From the NCBI GenBank assembly GCA_045561735.1, contig JBJKXC010000026.1, positions 2,255 to 66,254 of the forward strand: a stretch of DNA of 64,000 nucleotides, read 5' to 3'. Each line of letters opens with the position of its first letter. The first letter of the stretch is position 1. The position numbers and the translations under genes were made by a program. Shown piece after piece: positions 50,796-63,068 of the stretch. The stretch comes from Flavobacteriaceae bacterium (GTDB lineage: Bacteria; Bacteroidota; Bacteroidia; Flavobacteriales; Flavobacteriaceae). The notes beneath the pieces are model-generated. The model ran no database searches, had not been told where the DNA came from, and was given only the letters and a program-made list of their open reading frames with translations.

Positions 50796-51514
50796 GATTT
50801 TTTTGAATCTTTTAAGGATGCCTTCAGATTTTTGAGTTCTTCAGTTGTTAGCGTTCTGTAATTCCCAACCTCACTTTTTAAATGAATGTTCATGATTCGG
50901 ACACGTTGGAGTGCTTTAACTTCGTAATTTAAATATTCACACATGCGTCTGATCTGTCGATTCAACCCTTGTGTAAGTATAATTTTGAACTTATGACTGC
51001 TCAATTTTTTCAGCTCGCAAGGCTTCGTTATGGTTTCTAAAATAGGAATGCCTTGAGACATGTGTTTTATGAAAGTTTGGGAAATAGGTTTATCTACGGT
51101 CACAATGTATTCTTTTTGGTGGTTGTTGCTGGACCGCAATATTTTATTGACAATATCCCCGTCATCCGTCAATAAAATTAAACCTTCACTGTCTTTGTCC
51201 AATCGTCCGATTGGAAAAATTCTACTGGGGTAGTTGATGTAGTCAATAATGTTATTTTTTTCTACCCTTGTATCCGTAGTACAAACAATTCCTACAGGTT
51301 TGTTAAAGGCGATATAGGTGGCTATTTTTTTTTTCTTTTTAATAACTTTACCATCAACCTCAACAAGGTCTTCTGCTCGAATCTTCGTACCCATTTCTGG
51401 AACACTTCCATTGACCAAAACTCGGCCTTCTTCAATAAGTTTATCTGCAGCTCTGCGCGAACAGTAGCCCGCTTCACTAAGGAATTTATTGAGCCTTTTT
51501 GAAGTTGTTTCCAT
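50789..51514 (-). CDS. rluF: 23S rRNA pseudouridine synthase (RluF/RsuA family)
   Basis: S4 domain [15 protein letters not shown]; [10 protein letters not shown]; [12 protein letters not shown]. Confidence 0.88.
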   Translation of the reverse strand: METTSKRLNKFLSEAGYCSRRAADKLIEEGRVLVNGSVPEMGTKIRAEDLVEVDGKVIKKKKKIATYIAFNKPVGIVCTTDTRVEKNNIIDYINYPSRIFPIGRLDKDSEGLILLTDDGDIVNKILRSSNNHQKEYIVTVDKPISQTFIKHMSQGIPILETITKPCELKKLSSHKFKIILTQGLNRQIRRMCEYLNYEVKALQRVRIMNIHLKSEVGNYRTLTTEELKNLKASLKDSKKSW

Positions 51515-51533
51515 GGGTTAAATGTACAAAACT

Positions 51534-52316
51534 TTAGGCCGGTATAAAATCAATGATTTTGTCAATTACCTTTTTACTTTTTAGTCCATGCCCCAAACCT
51601 TGTGTAGTAAATAAATGACTATTTTTAAAAGCCAATTGAATTTCTAGGGCATCTGAATAGGGTATTACAGGGTCTAATTCGTCGTGAACTAGCAAGCAAT
51701 GACAGTCAATTTCTTTTGCAAATTGAGCGGTGTTAAAATAAGATGAAGGCTGTCCAAATCTTTTTTGAATGATAACTTCCATACCAGCCCTCACGATTTT
51801 GTTATACCCCATCAAATCGCTGTAATTTTCAAAAATGGCAGGAAAGCCTGCTGGCGTTCCTAAAAACACCAAGGTATCAGCTTTATAATTGCTATTATTT
51901 TTTAAAAAATACGAAATGGCCATACCGCCAACAGAATGCCCAATTAAAATCGTAGGTTTGAATTCATTGCTGACCACCTCAACAAATTTTGAGTACAAAA
52001 TGGCATTAAAAATTTTGCTACCCGAAGCGCCGTGAGCTGGAGCATCCAGTGCCACAATATTGTAGTCTTTTTTTTGAAGTCTATCAATTATATTTTTCCA
52101 TCTAACAGAATTACTTTGCCATCCGTGTGCTAATAATACCGTTTGTTTTGAACCTTTCCAATGGTATGTTGCAATTTCAAGGTTTTCGTAATACAGCAGC
52201 TTTTTATCCGAACTTTCAAGTATAGGATGTGGTTGCTTTAGGCGTCCCTTTAACGGTCTTGAAAATAAATCTAAAGCTAAATTTGAAGCCATACTTTGGC
52301 TGGCGTATGCAAGCAT
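51534..52316 (-). CDS. Alpha/beta hydrolase (true start probably upstream, about 52364)
   Basis: LAHGW, DAPAHG, GHSVG nucleophile elbow, HDELD, GLGH. Confidence 0.88.
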   Translation of the reverse strand: MLAYASQSMASNLALDLFSRPLKGRLKQPHPILESSDKKLLYYENLEIATYHWKGSKQTVLLAHGWQSNSVRWKNIIDRLQKKDYNIVALDAPAHGASGSKIFNAILYSKFVEVVSNEFKPTILIGHSVGGMAISYFLKNNSNYKADTLVFLGTPAGFPAIFENYSDLMGYNKIVRAGMEVIIQKRFGQPSSYFNTAQFAKEIDCHCLLVHDELDPVIPYSDALEIQLAFKNSHLFTTQGLGHGLKSKKVIDKIIDFIPA

Positions 52317-52443
52317 ATTAAGAAAAGCTCCAATAAGTTTTGGTATGAATGTATTCGTACTTATTTTAATTCGATTTTGAAATGTTCAATTTTTGAAAGT
52401 AATCATTTTAAAAAACAGTTTACGCATGTTTTCTTTTTTCATA

Positions 52444-53001
52444 TCAATACCACTGTATAAAAAAGTCTTTGATTTTGGCTTGAGGAGGTATGGATACAGC
52501 TTCAATTTTTTGAGTCATGTCATAGCGTAAATTCTCAGGAAGCTCCGATTTATCAATGGTAAAGTAGGCATTGATCTCATTCACAGAGACAATTAAATTT
52601 CGCAAGGTATTTTGAATCCCTGAAATATTGTATTTTGAACTGATATTCTTATAAGTTCCAAGTTTATTTAGTCCTTTATTGGTCTTATAGCGGGGGTCCA
52701 TGATTCGGACACTTTGAATGGTTGATAAAGAATCGAGAGCTTCTTTAGGTGTTAGTTCTAAAAGCAATGTCTGTGTTTCTTTTTCAAAAATTTTGATGAT
52801 GTTGGGATTACCAATAAACTCATCACCTCCAATAAATTTACTTATAGAGTCATTTGAAAAGATAAACGAAAGTTCTCTAACACTTGTAGAATCGCTGAGA
52901 TACCCAATGTTATGCTTGTTAATCACATACCGATCAGGTTCAGACTTACAGCTATTGGCTATTAAATAGATTGCAATTAAAAGTAAAAACGTCTGTTTCA
53001 T
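52444..53001 (-). CDS. Hypothetical lipoprotein
   Basis: Lipobox ANSC; 185-aa ORF with a -7 element at 53037-53044. Confidence 0.75.
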   Translation of the reverse strand: MKQTFLLLIAIYLIANSCKSEPDRYVINKHNIGYLSDSTSVRELSFIFSNDSISKFIGGDEFIGNPNIIKIFEKETQTLLLELTPKEALDSLSTIQSVRIMDPRYKTNKGLNKLGTYKNISSKYNISGIQNTLRNLIVSVNEINAYFTIDKSELPENLRYDMTQKIEAVSIPPQAKIKDFFIQWY

Positions 53002-53094
53002 GTTTTGTTTTTATGTCTTTTTTATAGAGAGTTTTGCAAAAATAAATCAAGTTTTTGTTCTTAAACAAAAATCAGTAAACTATTTTTGTATACT

Positions 53095-53727
53095 ATGCTG
53101 AAACCAGAAATGAAAAAACTTGTCAATGCGGGTGAAATGTTGCCACTTATGGAGGCATTTTATACTATTCAAGGTGAAGGCTACCACAAAGGAACCGCAG
53201 CTTATTTTATAAGAGTCGGCGGTTGCGATGTTGGCTGTCATTGGTGTGATGTCAAAGAGAGTTGGGATGCAGATGTACATCCCCCGACAGCCATTGAGAC
53301 TATAGCAGCGCAAGCAACTGAATTCAGTGATACTATTGTTGTAACAGGTGGCGAGCCATTGATGTGGGATATGCAGCCGCTTACAAATCTCTTAAAAGAG
53401 AAAAAATTAAAAACACATATAGAAACATCAGGGGCCTATCCCTTGAGTGGAGACTGGGACTGGATTTGTCTGTCTCCAAAAAAACGCAAACCTTTAGTTT
53501 CTAAAATTTACTCCAAAGCCCACGAGCTTAAAATGATCGTTTACAACAAAAGTGATTTTAAATTTGCTGAAGAACATGCTCAAAAAGTTTCTAAAGACTG
53601 TATTTTATACCTGCAGCCTGAGTGGAGTGTTAGTGAAAAAATCACGCCACTTATTGTAGAATACGTCATGAAGCACCCGAAGTGGAAGATTTCACTCCAA
53701 ACACACAAGTATTTAAACATTCCGTAG
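53095..53727 (+). CDS. queE: 7-carboxy-7-deazaguanine synthase (radical SAM)
   Basis: FYTIQGEG, CDVGCHWCD, TGGEP, IETSG, LSPK, SLQTHK. Confidence 0.93.
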   Translation: MLKPEMKKLVNAGEMLPLMEAFYTIQGEGYHKGTAAYFIRVGGCDVGCHWCDVKESWDADVHPPTAIETIAAQATEFSDTIVVTGGEPLMWDMQPLTNLLKEKKLKTHIETSGAYPLSGDWDWICLSPKKRKPLVSKIYSKAHELKMIVYNKSDFKFAEEHAQKVSKDCILYLQPEWSVSEKITPLIVEYVMKHPKWKISLQTHKYLNIP

Positions 53728-53900
53728 TTTTTTGATTTAATTTTATTATAAATTTAAATAAAAATTTATATTTTTTGTCATTTTACTTAATTTTTAAATA
53801 ATTATTTATTTTTTAAGTTACAATTTATAACCATATTTATTATGTGTGTTTATAAATTATAATATATAGGTCATTTTTGTTAAAAATTAATTTAATAGCC

Positions 53901-55568
53901 ATGTGTGGAATTGTTTGTGCTTTCGATTTAAAAGAGAAAAGTGAGGTCATAAGACCTCAAATCTTAGAAATGTCTAAAACCATTAGACACCGCGGTCCTG
54001 ACTGGAGCGGTATTTTTGACAATCAGAAAACCGTCATGGCGCACGAGCGCTTGGCAATTGTCGATCCAGCTTCAGGGAAGCAACCTCTTCACAGTCCTGA
54101 TGGTCAATTGGTTTTGGCTGCAAATGGGGAGATATACAACCATAGAGCACTTCGCAAACAACTCAAATCTGAATACGAATTTCAAACAGCAAGTGATTGT
54201 GAAATTATTTTAGCACTTTTTAAAGAAAAAGGGGTTGATTTTGTTGACGATCTAAACGGCATATTTGGTTTTGCTATTTATGATGTGTATAAAGATGCAT
54301 ATTTTATTGCAAGAGATCATATGGGTATCATACCGCTTTATATTGGATGGGACAAAAATGGGACTTTTTATGTCGCCTCAGAGCTTAAGGCATTAGAATC
54401 CGTTTGTACTAAAATAGAACTTTTCCCCCCTGGACATTATTTTTACAGCGAATCCAACGAATTTATAAAATGGTACAATAGAGATTGGATTGATTATGAT
54501 GCCGTAAAAGGGAATGAAACTAGCATAAAAGCAATTAAAGAAGCTTTAGAGGCTGCGGTGCACCGCCAGCTGATGAGTGATGTACCCTACGGTGTTTTGC
54601 TGTCAGGAGGTTTGGATTCTTCGGTCACTTCTGCAATCGCTAAAAAATATGCTCAAAAACGAATTGAATCTGGAGACAAAAACGATGCCTGGTGGCCTCA
54701 ATTACACTCTTTTTCTGTGGGCCTTGAGGGGTCTCCTGACTTGGCCGCAGCCCAAAAAGTAGCCGATCACATTGGTACAGTTCATCATGAAATAAAATTT
54801 ACAATTCAAGAAGGTCTAGACGCCATTAAAGATGTTGTTTATAACTTGGAGACTTACGACACTACAACCGTTCGCGCCAGTACCCCCATGTATCTTATGG
54901 CAAGGGTTATCAAGTCTATGGGTATTAAAATGGTGCTTTCAGGCGAAGGCGCAGATGAATTATTTGGTGGGTATTTGTATTTTCATAAAGCGCCAAATGC
55001 CAAAGAATTTCATCAGGAAACTGTTCGAAAACTGGACAAGCTGCATATGTATGACTGCTTGCGAGCCAACAAAAGTCTTGCCGCTTGGGGGATAGAAGGC
55101 CGTGTTCCATTTTTGGATAAGGAATTTATGGATGTTGCGATGCGTATCAATCCGCAGGATAAGATGATTAAAGGGGAGCGTATGGAAAAATGGGTGGTGC
55201 GGAAAGCCTTTGAGGATATTTTACCTGAAAGCGTAGCTTGGCGCCAGAAAGAACAATTTAGTGACGGCGTTGGATACAGTTGGATTGACACCCTAAAAAA
55301 AGTAGTTGATAAAGAAGTTTCTGATGATCAAATGAAAAATGCACATTTTAGATTTCCAGTTCAAACTCCACTAAATAAAGAAGAGTTCTATTACCGTTCT
55401 ATTTTTGAATCGCACTTTCCAAGTGAGGCCGCAGCCCTTTGCGTCCCTCAAGAACCTAGCGTGGCTTGTAGTACCAAAATCGCATTGGAATGGGATGAGG
55501 CTTTTAAAAATTTAAATGACCCTAGCGGTCGTGCCGTTGCTAAAGTGCATGACAAGGCTTACGATTGA
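53901..55568 (+). CDS. asnB: Asparagine synthetase B (glutamine-hydrolysing)
   Basis: N-terminal MCGI (Ntn Cys), HRGPD, LSGGLDSS, SGEGADE. Confidence 0.97.
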   Translation: MCGIVCAFDLKEKSEVIRPQILEMSKTIRHRGPDWSGIFDNQKTVMAHERLAIVDPASGKQPLHSPDGQLVLAANGEIYNHRALRKQLKSEYEFQTASDCEIILALFKEKGVDFVDDLNGIFGFAIYDVYKDAYFIARDHMGIIPLYIGWDKNGTFYVASELKALESVCTKIELFPPGHYFYSESNEFIKWYNRDWIDYDAVKGNETSIKAIKEALEAAVHRQLMSDVPYGVLLSGGLDSSVTSAIAKKYAQKRIESGDKNDAWWPQLHSFSVGLEGSPDLAAAQKVADHIGTVHHEIKFTIQEGLDAIKDVVYNLETYDTTTVRASTPMYLMARVIKSMGIKMVLSGEGADELFGGYLYFHKAPNAKEFHQETVRKLDKLHMYDCLRANKSLAAWGIEGRVPFLDKEFMDVAMRINPQDKMIKGERMEKWVVRKAFEDILPESVAWRQKEQFSDGVGYSWIDTLKKVVDKEVSDDQMKNAHFRFPVQTPLNKEEFYYRSIFESHFPSEAAALCVPQEPSVACSTKIALEWDEAFKNLNDPSGRAVAKVHDKAYD

Positions 55569-55609
55569 TTTTTTAGGTCTTAAATCATCGTTTTTAAGCG
55601 CCTAAAAAT
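55569..55609 (+). terminator. Imperfect hairpin after asnB
   Basis: TTTTTAGG-TCTTAAA...TTTAAG-CGCCTAAAAA inverted repeat. Confidence 0.45.
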
Positions 55610-55791
55610 AAAAAAACATATTATTCTTTTTGCAACAGACTTTTAAATCCAATCTAAGGCTATTTTTAGACTGTTTAAGCGTTGTTTTTTCAAAACCAAT
55701 ATGTTAATAATTACAACTAAAATTCTCACTTAATTCTCCATTTTCAATGGACTAATTTTTATATTTGTTTAACAGTTAAAACAGCAAATAA

Positions 55792-57747
<1,956 letters not shown>

Positions 57748-57782
57748 CTAAATAGCGTTTAATTTTTTAAAAATAAAAAATC

Positions 57783-58709
57783 ATGAAAATAACAGTAGTA
57801 GGCGCAGGAGCAGTAGGAGCAAGTTGTGCTGAGTATATTGCCATCAAAAACTTTGCATCTGAAGTCGTTTTATTAGATATTAAACAGGGATATGCTGAGG
57901 GGAAAGCTATGGATTTAATGCAATGCGCCTCATTGAACGGCTTTGACACTAAAGTCAATGGTAGTACTAACGATTACACCAAAACAGCAAATAGTAATAT
58001 CTGTGTCATTACCTCTGGAATTCCAAGAAAGCCAGGTATGACAAGGGAAGAACTTATTGGAATCAATGCGGGAATTGTAAAAACAGTTTCTGAAAATTTA
58101 GTCAAATATTCACCACAAACTGTCCTTATTGTGGTAAGTAATCCAATGGACACTATGACATATTTAGCCCATCAAGTGACTGGACTTCCCAAAAACAGAA
58201 TTATCGGAATGGGGGGTGCTTTAGATTCCGCCCGCTTTAAGTACAGACTGGCTGAGGCATTGGAAGCCCCAATAAGTGATGTAGATGGAATGGTTATAGG
58301 CGGTCACAGCGATGTAGGAATGGTCCCTTTAATTTCACATGCCACTAGGAACAGCATCAATGTTTCTGAATTCATTTCTCAAAAACGTTTAGAACAAGTA
58401 AAAAATGACACTAAAGTTGGAGGCGCGACTCTGACCAAACTCTTAGGCACCTCAGCGTGGTACGCCCCTGGAGCAGCAGTCAGTGGATTGGTTCAAGCAA
58501 TTGCCTGTGATCAAAAAAAAATATTTCCCTGTTCCGTATTATTGGACGGTGAGTATGGATTAAAAGATCTGTGCATTGGTGTTCCGGTTGTCTTAGGGGC
58601 CAATGGAATTGAAAAAATTATTCAAATTGAATTAAGTGATGCAGATAAGACCCATCTTGAAACTAGTGCAGAAGGGGTTAAGAAGACCAACGGGCTTCTG
58701 AATTTATAA
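57783..58709 (+). CDS. mdh: Malate dehydrogenase (LDH-like)
   Basis: GAGAVG, PRKPGMTREEL, SNPMD, LDSARF, GGH. Confidence 0.95.
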   Translation: MKITVVGAGAVGASCAEYIAIKNFASEVVLLDIKQGYAEGKAMDLMQCASLNGFDTKVNGSTNDYTKTANSNICVITSGIPRKPGMTREELIGINAGIVKTVSENLVKYSPQTVLIVVSNPMDTMTYLAHQVTGLPKNRIIGMGGALDSARFKYRLAEALEAPISDVDGMVIGGHSDVGMVPLISHATRNSINVSEFISQKRLEQVKNDTKVGGATLTKLLGTSAWYAPGAAVSGLVQAIACDQKKIFPCSVLLDGEYGLKDLCIGVPVVLGANGIEKIIQIELSDADKTHLETSAEGVKKTNGLLNL

Positions 58710-58740
58710 CAAAACAATCCCTTTTTTCAGCCAGTAATTT

Positions 58741-58768
58741 AAAGCACCGCCATATTTGTGGTGCTTTT
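58741..58768 (+). terminator. Terminator after mdh
   Basis: AAAGCACCGC...GTGGTGCTTTT. Confidence 0.8.
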
Positions 58769-58858
58769 CTATTAAAATAAAAAATATATTGGCAAATCAC
58801 TTCGTAAATCCTATATTTGCTCGTTTACTAAAATTTAAGCAGATTAAAACAATTCAAA

Positions 58859-61800
58859 ATGCAAAATAAAGGATTAGTTAAGATGTTTGCACTATTATTT
58901 GGGTTGGTAAGTATTTACCAATTATCATTTACATTCAAGGGCAATCAACTCGAAAATAAAGCAGGTCAATTTGCAATTAATAAAGTTGCTGATACAGAAA
59001 TAAATTACGATTCAAAAAGAAATTTAGAACGGATAGGATATCTTGATTCTTTAAAAAATAAAGAGGTATTTAACATTGGTATCGCTTCATACACTTACAA
59101 TGAGGTCAAAGAAAAAGCTATGAATCTTGGTCTGGATCTCAAGGGCGGTATTAATGTAATTCTTCAAATTTCTGTAAAAGATATTTTAGTAGGACTGGCC
59201 AATGATAGTAAAGACCCAACATTCAGAAAAGCTTTGAGCGATGCTGAGGAACTACAAAAGGACAGTCAGAATACTTATCTAGAAGACTTTTTTGAAGCCT
59301 TCGAACTCATCCAGGGCGATAAAAAGTTAGCATCTCCAGATATATTTGCAAACCGTACTTTAAGTGATCAGATTACTTTCGATATGAGTGATGATGAAGT
59401 TAAACCTGTTTTATCTGCTAAAATTGACGAATCCATCATCTCAGCTTTTGAAGTTCTTAGAAAGCGAATTGATAAATTTGGAGTGACACAACCCAACATC
59501 CAGCGGATTGGAAACTCTGGGCGTATTTTGGTTGAATTACCGGGTGCAAAAGAAGTAGAACGTGTAAAAGGATTGCTTCAGAGTACCGCCCAGCTCGAGT
59601 TTTGGGATGCTTTTAAAGGCGCAGAATTTGGAAACTTTTTAGTACAGGCCAACGAAGTTCTCAAAGCTATTGTAGTGAATGAAAACACTGAAGTTGCGTC
59701 CAATGACGAGGCTTCTGAGGCGGACGCCATATCCGATATTATTGGGGATTCTGATGCAGAAACTGGTTTGGACGATACTGAAACCAATCCTTTATTTGAT
59801 TTGATTCGGTCGATGGGCTACAATGGAGGCCCTGTGTTGGCTTCTTTTGAGTCTAAAGATCAGGAAATCGTTAGTGATTATTTAAATAATCCAAAAGTAA
59901 GAGCACTTCTTGCTCCAGAACAACGCTATGTGAAATTTGTATGGGGTATTCCTCAGTTTATGGAAACAGAAGCTGATGAAGACACCGACCAAGAAGTTGA
60001 AAGTTTAGAGCTTGTTGAGCTCTATGCATTAAAAGGCAATAGAGAAAATAAACCCCAACTTAGTGGGGCTGTGATTACCGATGCTAAGCAAGAATTCCAA
60101 CAAAATGGTACGCCAAGTGTAACCATGCAAATGAATCTTAAAGGGGCGAAAATTTGGGAAAAAATGACCGGTAATGCTTTTAATACTGGGAGTCAAATTG
60201 CCATTGTTTTGGATGATATTGTGTACTCCGCACCTGGAGTTACTTCAGGTCCAATATCGGGTGGAAACTCTGAAATTTCCGGAACTTTTACATTAAATGA
60301 AGCGGTCGATTTGGCCAATGTTTTGCGCGCTGGTAAATTACCTGCTTCCGCCGACATTGTTCAAGCGGAAGAGGTTGGGCCTTCCCTAGGTCAAGAAGCC
60401 ATTGACAGTGGTATGAAATCTTTTATCATTGCATTGTTGTTTGTACTACTATGGATGTTATTTTATTATGGCAAGTCTGGGCTTTATTCCAATGTTGCAT
60501 TGCTACTAAACATATTACTAATCTTCGGAATTCTATCAGGACTTGGAGCCGTATTAACCTTGCCTGGAATTGCGGGTATTGTTTTGACTATTGGTATTGC
60601 AGTAGATGCCAACGTTCTTATATACGAGCGTATTCGTGAAGAATTGTATAAAGGAAAAGGACAAAAAGAGTCTGTCAGAGATGGGTTTTCAAATGCCTTG
60701 TCTTCTATTTTAGATGCCAATATTACCACTGGACTTACAGCGCTCATTCTATACACATTTGGAACAGGTCCGATTAAAGGGTTTGCAACAACTTTGTTAA
60801 TTGGTATCATTACTTCTTTATTTACGGCGATATTTATTTCTAGATTGTTAATTGATTGGGATTTGAATCGCGGCGGAAAACTTCAGTTTTCAACTAAACT
60901 TACCAAAGGGTTGTTAAGTGTCATAAAAATTGAGTTTCTCAAGAAGCGAAGAATGGCTTATATACTTTCTGCGACCATTATTTCAGCGGGTCTCTTTTCA
61001 CTTTTCACTACTGGGCTAGACCAAGGTATTGATTTTGTTGGCGGACGAACTTATACCGTTCGTTTTGATAAAGACATGAATACAGAGGATGTTAAAACTG
61101 CTGTAAATGAGGTTTTTAACAGTGCAGAAGTTAAAACCATCGGAAGCGCCAATCAGCTTAAAATTTCAACTAAATATAAAGTGAATGAAAATTCGGCAGA
61201 AGTTGATGCGGAAGTTCAAGAGAAATTATACACTGCTTTGGTGCCATTCCTTCCCAATGGAACGACCTATAAGCAATTTATAGATGCTGAAAATAACGTT
61301 GGTAAAATGTATTCTGGAAAAGTAAGTCCTACGATAGCTGATGACATCAAGCGTTCGTCTTTATGGGCTGTTTTGGGATCTTTAATAGTTGTATTTTTAT
61401 ATATTTTATTACGATTTAAGAAATGGCAGTTTTCCTTGGGTGCAGTTGCAGCTGTTTTTCACGATGTACTCATTGTGTTGGGAATCTTTTCTATTGCATG
61501 GAAGTTTTTCCCTTTCAGCATGGAAATTGACCAAGCCTTTATTGCTGCGATTTTGACAGTTATTGGATACTCTTTAAATGATACTGTGGTGGTGTTTGAT
61601 AGGATAAGAGAATACATCAATCAACATTCTAGTTGGGATTTTGGCAGAATAGTCAATGGGGCTTTAAACAGTACTTTGAGTCGAACTTTAAACACCTCAC
61701 TTACAACTTTAGTTGTATTGCTCTCTATGTTTGTTTTTGGGGCAGATTCTTTGAGAGGTTTACTTTTTGCATTGATCGTTGGGGTGCTCGTGGGAACCTA

Positions 61801-61867
61801 CTCATCAGTCTTTATTGCAACCCCTATTATGCACGACACTCTAAAGCGTCTCGATAAAAAATCCTAA
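58859..61867 (+). CDS. secDF: Fused protein translocase subunit SecDF
   Basis: LGLDLKGG, AVDANVLIYERIREE, GIDFVGG, GYSLNDTVVVFDRIRE; TATATTTG -7 element at 58812-58819. Confidence 0.97.
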   Translation: MQNKGLVKMFALLFGLVSIYQLSFTFKGNQLENKAGQFAINKVADTEINYDSKRNLERIGYLDSLKNKEVFNIGIASYTYNEVKEKAMNLGLDLKGGINVILQISVKDILVGLANDSKDPTFRKALSDAEELQKDSQNTYLEDFFEAFELIQGDKKLASPDIFANRTLSDQITFDMSDDEVKPVLSAKIDESIISAFEVLRKRIDKFGVTQPNIQRIGNSGRILVELPGAKEVERVKGLLQSTAQLEFWDAFKGAEFGNFLVQANEVLKAIVVNENTEVASNDEASEADAISDIIGDSDAETGLDDTETNPLFDLIRSMGYNGGPVLASFESKDQEIVSDYLNNPKVRALLAPEQRYVKFVWGIPQFMETEADEDTDQEVESLELVELYALKGNRENKPQLSGAVITDAKQEFQQNGTPSVTMQMNLKGAKIWEKMTGNAFNTGSQIAIVLDDIVYSAPGVTSGPISGGNSEISGTFTLNEAVDLANVLRAGKLPASADIVQAEEVGPSLGQEAIDSGMKSFIIALLFVLLWMLFYYGKSGLYSNVALLLNILLIFGILSGLGAVLTLPGIAGIVLTIGIAVDANVLIYERIREELYKGKGQKESVRDGFSNALSSILDANITTGLTALILYTFGTGPIKGFATTLLIGIITSLFTAIFISRLLIDWDLNRGGKLQFSTKLTKGLLSVIKIEFLKKRRMAYILSATIISAGLFSLFTTGLDQGIDFVGGRTYTVRFDKDMNTEDVKTAVNEVFNSAEVKTIGSANQLKISTKYKVNENSAEVDAEVQEKLYTALVPFLPNGTTYKQFIDAENNVGKMYSGKVSPTIADDIKRSSLWAVLGSLIVVFLYILLRFKKWQFSLGAVAAVFHDVLIVLGIFSIAWKFFPFSMEIDQAFIAAILTVIGYSLNDTVVVFDRIREYINQHSSWDFGRIVNGALNSTLSRTLNTSLTTLVVLLSMFVFGADSLRGLLFALIVGVLVGTYSSVFIATPIMHDTLKRLDKKS

Positions 61868-61890
61868 CAAAATATTTATTATGATAATTA

Positions 61891-61919
61891 AAAAAGCCAA
61901 TTTACAAAGTGGCTTTTTT
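61891..61919. terminator. Bidirectional terminator between secDF and lgt
   Basis: AAAAAGCCAATTT-AC-AAAGTGGCTTTTT. Confidence 0.8.
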
Positions 61920-61934
61920 AATTTAAGTTTTGTA

Positions 61935-62768
61935 CTATAAGGTTTTTCTTTTATGAAAAAACATAAAGTAAATCCCAATTAAAATAAATGGAATGCTCAA
62001 TAACTGTCCTGTATTAAAACCCAATATCCAGTCTTCTCGGCCGTCTACTTGTGCAATTTTAAATTGTTCAACAAAAACTCTTACGGACATTAATAATAAT
62101 AAAAACAAACCAAAAAGATAACCTTCTTGCGTGCCTTTTTTTGTTTTCCAATAAATGAAATAAACAATTAAGAAGACAAATAAATACCCAAAGGCTTCGT
62201 AGAGTTGACCAGGGTGTCGTGGGATGTTATCTATATTTTTGAAAACCACTGCCCATGGTAATCCTTCTTCTGCGGGCTTTCCTATAATTTCAGAATTAAA
62301 AAAATTACCAATGCGTATAAAAATTGCTCCCGAAGCACAAGCAATTACCACACGGTCTAAAATCCACAAAACAGATTTTTTTAGTACTTTTTTATTGTAG
62401 AGATACATTGAGACGATCATACCAATGGTGGCCCCATGGCTCGCCAATCCTCTAAAGCCAGTAAATTCAAATCCACCGCTAAATTTAAAGGGGAGGAAGA
62501 CGCTGAAGAAGTCCTCACGAAACAGTTCAGCTTGGTAAAAAATAACATGCCCAAGTCTGGCGCCAATCATGATTCCTAACACAGAGTACATAAACAGGCT
62601 ATCAAGTTTTTCATGAGATTGATTTTCATTGCTGTAGATTTTTTTCATGATCCGATATCCAAGAATAAAAGCAACAATCCACATCATACTGTAATAGTGA
62701 ATTTTAAAATTTCCGAAAAGTCGAACACCGTCTGATGCGGGTTCCCATATGATTTGTAAAAAATCCAT
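61935..62768 (-). CDS. lgt: Prolipoprotein diacylglyceryl transferase
   Basis: GARLGHVIFY, GLASHG, IRIGNFFNSEI, RHPGQLYEA, GQLLS; ATG 62768 preferred. Confidence 0.95.
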   Translation of the reverse strand: MDFLQIIWEPASDGVRLFGNFKIHYYSMMWIVAFILGYRIMKKIYSNENQSHEKLDSLFMYSVLGIMIGARLGHVIFYQAELFREDFFSVFLPFKFSGGFEFTGFRGLASHGATIGMIVSMYLYNKKVLKKSVLWILDRVVIACASGAIFIRIGNFFNSEIIGKPAEEGLPWAVVFKNIDNIPRHPGQLYEAFGYLFVFLIVYFIYWKTKKGTQEGYLFGLFLLLLMSVRVFVEQFKIAQVDGREDWILGFNTGQLLSIPFILIGIYFMFFHKRKTL

Positions 62769-62830
62769 TGTCTTTAATTTTAGTGTAAATATACAGAATT
62801 GCATCTGAACAACACTTTGTTATTCGTTTG

Positions 62831-63055
62831 CTAATCCTTGCTTTTTGGCACAGGATCATGACCAGATCCTCCCCATGGATGGCAACGCAATACCCGTCTA
62901 ATTCCTAAAAAGAAACCTTTAAAAAGGCCATGTGTAGACAAGGCCTCAATACAGTATTGAGAACATGTTGGCTGGTATCTACACCTAGCTGGAAGTGATG
63001 GAGAAATCCACTTTTGATAGCTTTTGATGATTGCAATGAATGGTTTTACAACCAT
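62831..63055 (-). CDS. yidD: Membrane protein insertion efficiency factor
   Basis: [33 protein letters not shown]. Confidence 0.93.
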   Translation of the reverse strand: MVVKPFIAIIKSYQKWISPSLPARCRYQPTCSQYCIEALSTHGLFKGFFLGIRRVLRCHPWGGSGHDPVPKSKD

Positions 63056-63068
63056 AGGTTTAAAAAAA

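Noticed and set aside
53002-53727. queE as a sign of a deazapurine DNA-modification (dpd) system or preQ1 riboswitch
   Set aside because: It is a lone housekeeping-type queE with no dpd/tgt neighbours and only a short divergent promoter upstream.
53728-53900. Extremely AT-rich leader before asnB with weak palindromes
   Set aside because: No recognisable riboswitch, leader peptide or operator; such palindromes arise by chance at this composition.
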